NCBI GenBank assembly: GCA_977017575.1 | Contig: CDRNVI010000006.1 | Span: 124,001 to 188,000 of the forward strand | Direction of reading: 5' to 3' | Length of the DNA stretch: 64,000 bases | DNA from: Paramoeba atlantica | Lineage: Eukaryota > Protista > Discosea | In this document: positions 62,009 to 64,000 of the stretch, piece by piece | How the letters are laid out: the number at the start of each line of letters is the position of its first letter | How positions within the stretch are numbered: position 1 is the stretch's first letter | Notes under the pieces: model-generated | Database searches by the model: none | Told to the model about the DNA's origin: nothing | The model's input: only the letters and a program-made list of their open reading frames with translations | Made by a program: the position numbers and the translations under genes

Positions 62009-64000
62009 ATGGCTCCAATCAAAATCGACCTCTCCCTGCGTGTCTCCGAGGACGAGGCCGCCCATTTGGACTCCATTCTCTCCACAACTCCCACAGCCCC
62101 ACCCCGCGAGCCACAACCCCTCGACCCCACCCTCCCCCCTCCCTTTGTCCCACAAGATCGGGCGGCATTACGTCGGCGAAAACACAACGTAATGAACAAA
62201 ATGAAATACGTCGCGCGAAAACAAAATCTCGCAGCGTACTCAGCCCGTCATGAGGCGATTCAATTTCTCCGAGGAAGACAAGTTGCTATTCTGGAATGCT
62301 ATCCGGACCCCATGCGTGTAGGCGCCGCGGTACAAATCCCTCAAGCCTGGGTAGAGCTCGAGGAGTTCTCCCGGGAACGCACGTTCGTGGTGCGCCTCTC
62401 GGACCTACTGTGCCAGAAAGCCGCGCAACAGGCCGCAGCGGAGACGTGTAGCGAGCAAGACGGTCTAATCACGTGGTATAATCCGTTTCTTCAGGTGGAA
62501 AGTGAAAAACTACGGACAACGGCAGCCTCCCAGGTGATTTATCTCACTCCCCGGTCAATGCTTCATCTCTTAATGTCAAAAACAGGCATGGAACGGTTCT
62601 CTGTGTTTGTGGAGGATATAACGGATGTCATAGCGTACTGTGAGACAAATGGGGGGAGCCGTCCGTGCGAGAGGTCCTGCCCCACTTTTCAAGTGCTGCA
62701 GGACGAGATTGCGCTGTTAATGGTCCTTCGCCACTTTTTAACACGCAACGCAGTGACTCGGATTATGTTTGGTACATCTTCTACGGTTGCACCCCTCACT
62801 CGGGCGTGGTTTCGGAGCTATCTGCAAGGGGAAGTAGATCCCATGTCGCAGGAAAACTTGCTACGGGCTTTGACATTTTCGCTTGCGCAGCCTGCGGACC
62901 AACTGACATCAAATTTCGTGACACCATATCTCCCTTCACCACCGAGCAGCGAAATCTCTTGTATTTCTGAAAGACAACATAACGTGTTGATCGATGCTTT
63001 AACAGGAGTAGTCGGCTCCAATATTCCCCTGCCTTGCTTACTGCTCGTCGAAAGTGTCAGCCAATTTCGCAACTTACTGTTAAAACATTTCGCTGCTGTT
63101 TGGAAGAGCTGTGACTTGGAGGACTACACACAGAGACACTATCTGCCAGGAGAGCTCGGGTTCGATCTTTTTACTAAAAAACTTCAGGAGAACGAGTCTC
63201 CATCAAACAAAGTGATGCGATCATTCGCTCTGGCGCGGTTTCCTTTGGACACGCGCACGGCTTCGATTATTTTAAATGAATACGAAGACTCACCTTTTAA
63301 AAGTGTCCTGGTTGTGTCTGACGGATGTGCCCCAAACGTGGGCCCAGACTATGACGCCTCAACGAACACGTACTATTACTCAAAACGTCCGGAGCGCGTC
63401 CATCCAGTATTTGACCTGGAGAAAAATGTTGTGCTAGCAAGCTTAATTCCCAGGTGCGATTTCTTTTACTGTCAAAATGCTGAGAAATTTGAAGTTTCGA
63501 GTTTGGTTACTGAGGGCGTTGAAAAAGGTTATGTACGGCATGAGCGTCAAAATTTTCTTGCTCGCTTTCCAGGGGATCGATCTGAGGCATCGAGCCAAAA
63601 CATGTATTCATTGCTGCCAGAAAGCTCAGAAATTGATTTAGGGCTTCCAATTTTCATAGCACATCTGATGCGGTTGAATATTTCAGAGCAGATGGTACTG
63701 TTTGGCATCGCAATCCCGCAACCAGCACTCGAGTACTGTGCGAAGACTACCGAGCATCGCCTGTATTTAAATGGCTTGATAGGCTTGAAAGGGGAAGTTA
63801 CGCCACTAGGTGTCATGACCGGGAAATTTCTTTGCCTCGGGCCCGGATTATCCTCTCTAAAGTTATTGGGGTTAGGCACAGCATTTTCTTGTTCAAGTGA
63901 CGCTGCTTTCGCAGCAGCAGCCGATCTTTTGCTTGAATATGACTGGGAGCCTACGGACGTTATGAGTCAATGTATTCCCAAATTGTATCCGGAAAAGACC
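62009..64000 (+). CDS. Long open-ended ORF, degenerate DEAH/RHA helicase-like (absent from the ORF track)
   Basis: Hand translation open from ATG 62009 to the edge (>660 aa). AVQIPQ, IYLTPRSMLHLL, VFVEDITD, IMFGTSST and VTPLG fall in DEAH-family order, without GKT or DEAH. Confidence 0.6.
   Translation, partial: MAPIKIDLSLRVSEDEAAHLDSILSTTPTAPPREPQPLDPTLPPPFVPQDRAALRRRKHNVMNKMKYVARKQNLAAYSARHEAIQFLRGRQVAILECYPDPMRVGAAVQIPQAWVELEEFSRERTFVVRLSDLLCQKAAQQAAAETCSEQDGLITWYNPFLQVESEKLRTTAASQVIYLTPRSMLHLLMSKTGMERFSVFVEDITDVIAYCETNGGSRPCERSCPTFQVLQDEIALLMVLRHFLTRNAVTRIMFGTSSTVAPLTRAWFRSYLQGEVDPMSQENLLRALTFSLAQPADQLTSNFVTPYLPSPPSSEISCISERQHNVLIDALTGVVGSNIPLPCLLLVESVSQFRNLLLKHFAAVWKSCDLEDYTQRHYLPGELGFDLFTKKLQENESPSNKVMRSFALARFPLDTRTASIILNEYEDSPFKSVLVVSDGCAPNVGPDYDASTNTYYYSKRPERVHPVFDLEKNVVLASLIPRCDFFYCQNAEKFEVSSLVTEGVEKGYVRHERQNFLARFPGDRSEASSQNMYSLLPESSEIDLGLPIFIAHLMRLNISEQMVLFGIAIPQPALEYCAKTTEHRLYLNGLIGLKGEVTPLGVMTGKFLCLGPGLSSLKLLGLGTAFSCSSDAAFAAAADLLLEYDWEPTDVMSQCIPKLYPEKT

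Noticed and set aside
1-64000. tRNA, rRNA or telomeric repeats
   Set aside because: None recognised by eye; tRNAscan-SE/barrnap were not run.

Overview
Eukaryotic, most likely kinetoplastid (Euglenozoa) segment. The inference rests on intronless co-oriented plus-strand genes, a trypanosomatid-style long RSM22, and several matches to the conserved spliced-leader (SL) core ACAGTTTCTGTAC. A basal lineage such as Perkinsela is a guess only. About 1-52 kb is a dense, nested transposon field with one host gene (RSM22, 32.7-35.6 kb). The field holds a near-complete CRE/SLACS-clade non-LTR retrotransposon (RT + RLE), two families of tyrosine-recombinase retrotransposons (VIPER/TATE-like; gag, YR, RT/RNase H), a HERO/NeSL-like RLE fragment, and DNA transposons or their derivatives (Tc1/IS630, pogo, Merlin, PIF/Harbinger-like, hAT-like) with termini and target-site duplications read from the sequence. 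52-64 kb is a compact housekeeping cluster: RPS3A, an ATP-grasp-SET fusion, p24/TMED, CK2 beta, RPS16, FtsH, eIF2B, RPL13A and an open-ended degenerate DEAH-like ORF. The most interesting signal is a set of SL-exon relics, all on the minus strand. They head the autonomous CRE element and at least two non-autonomous families carrying conserved RNA structures, which suggests SL-capped retroposition outside SL arrays. A 127-bp tandem array with an H-type pseudoknot per unit lies upstream of a gag-YR-RT cassette. All alignments and folds were done by eye.
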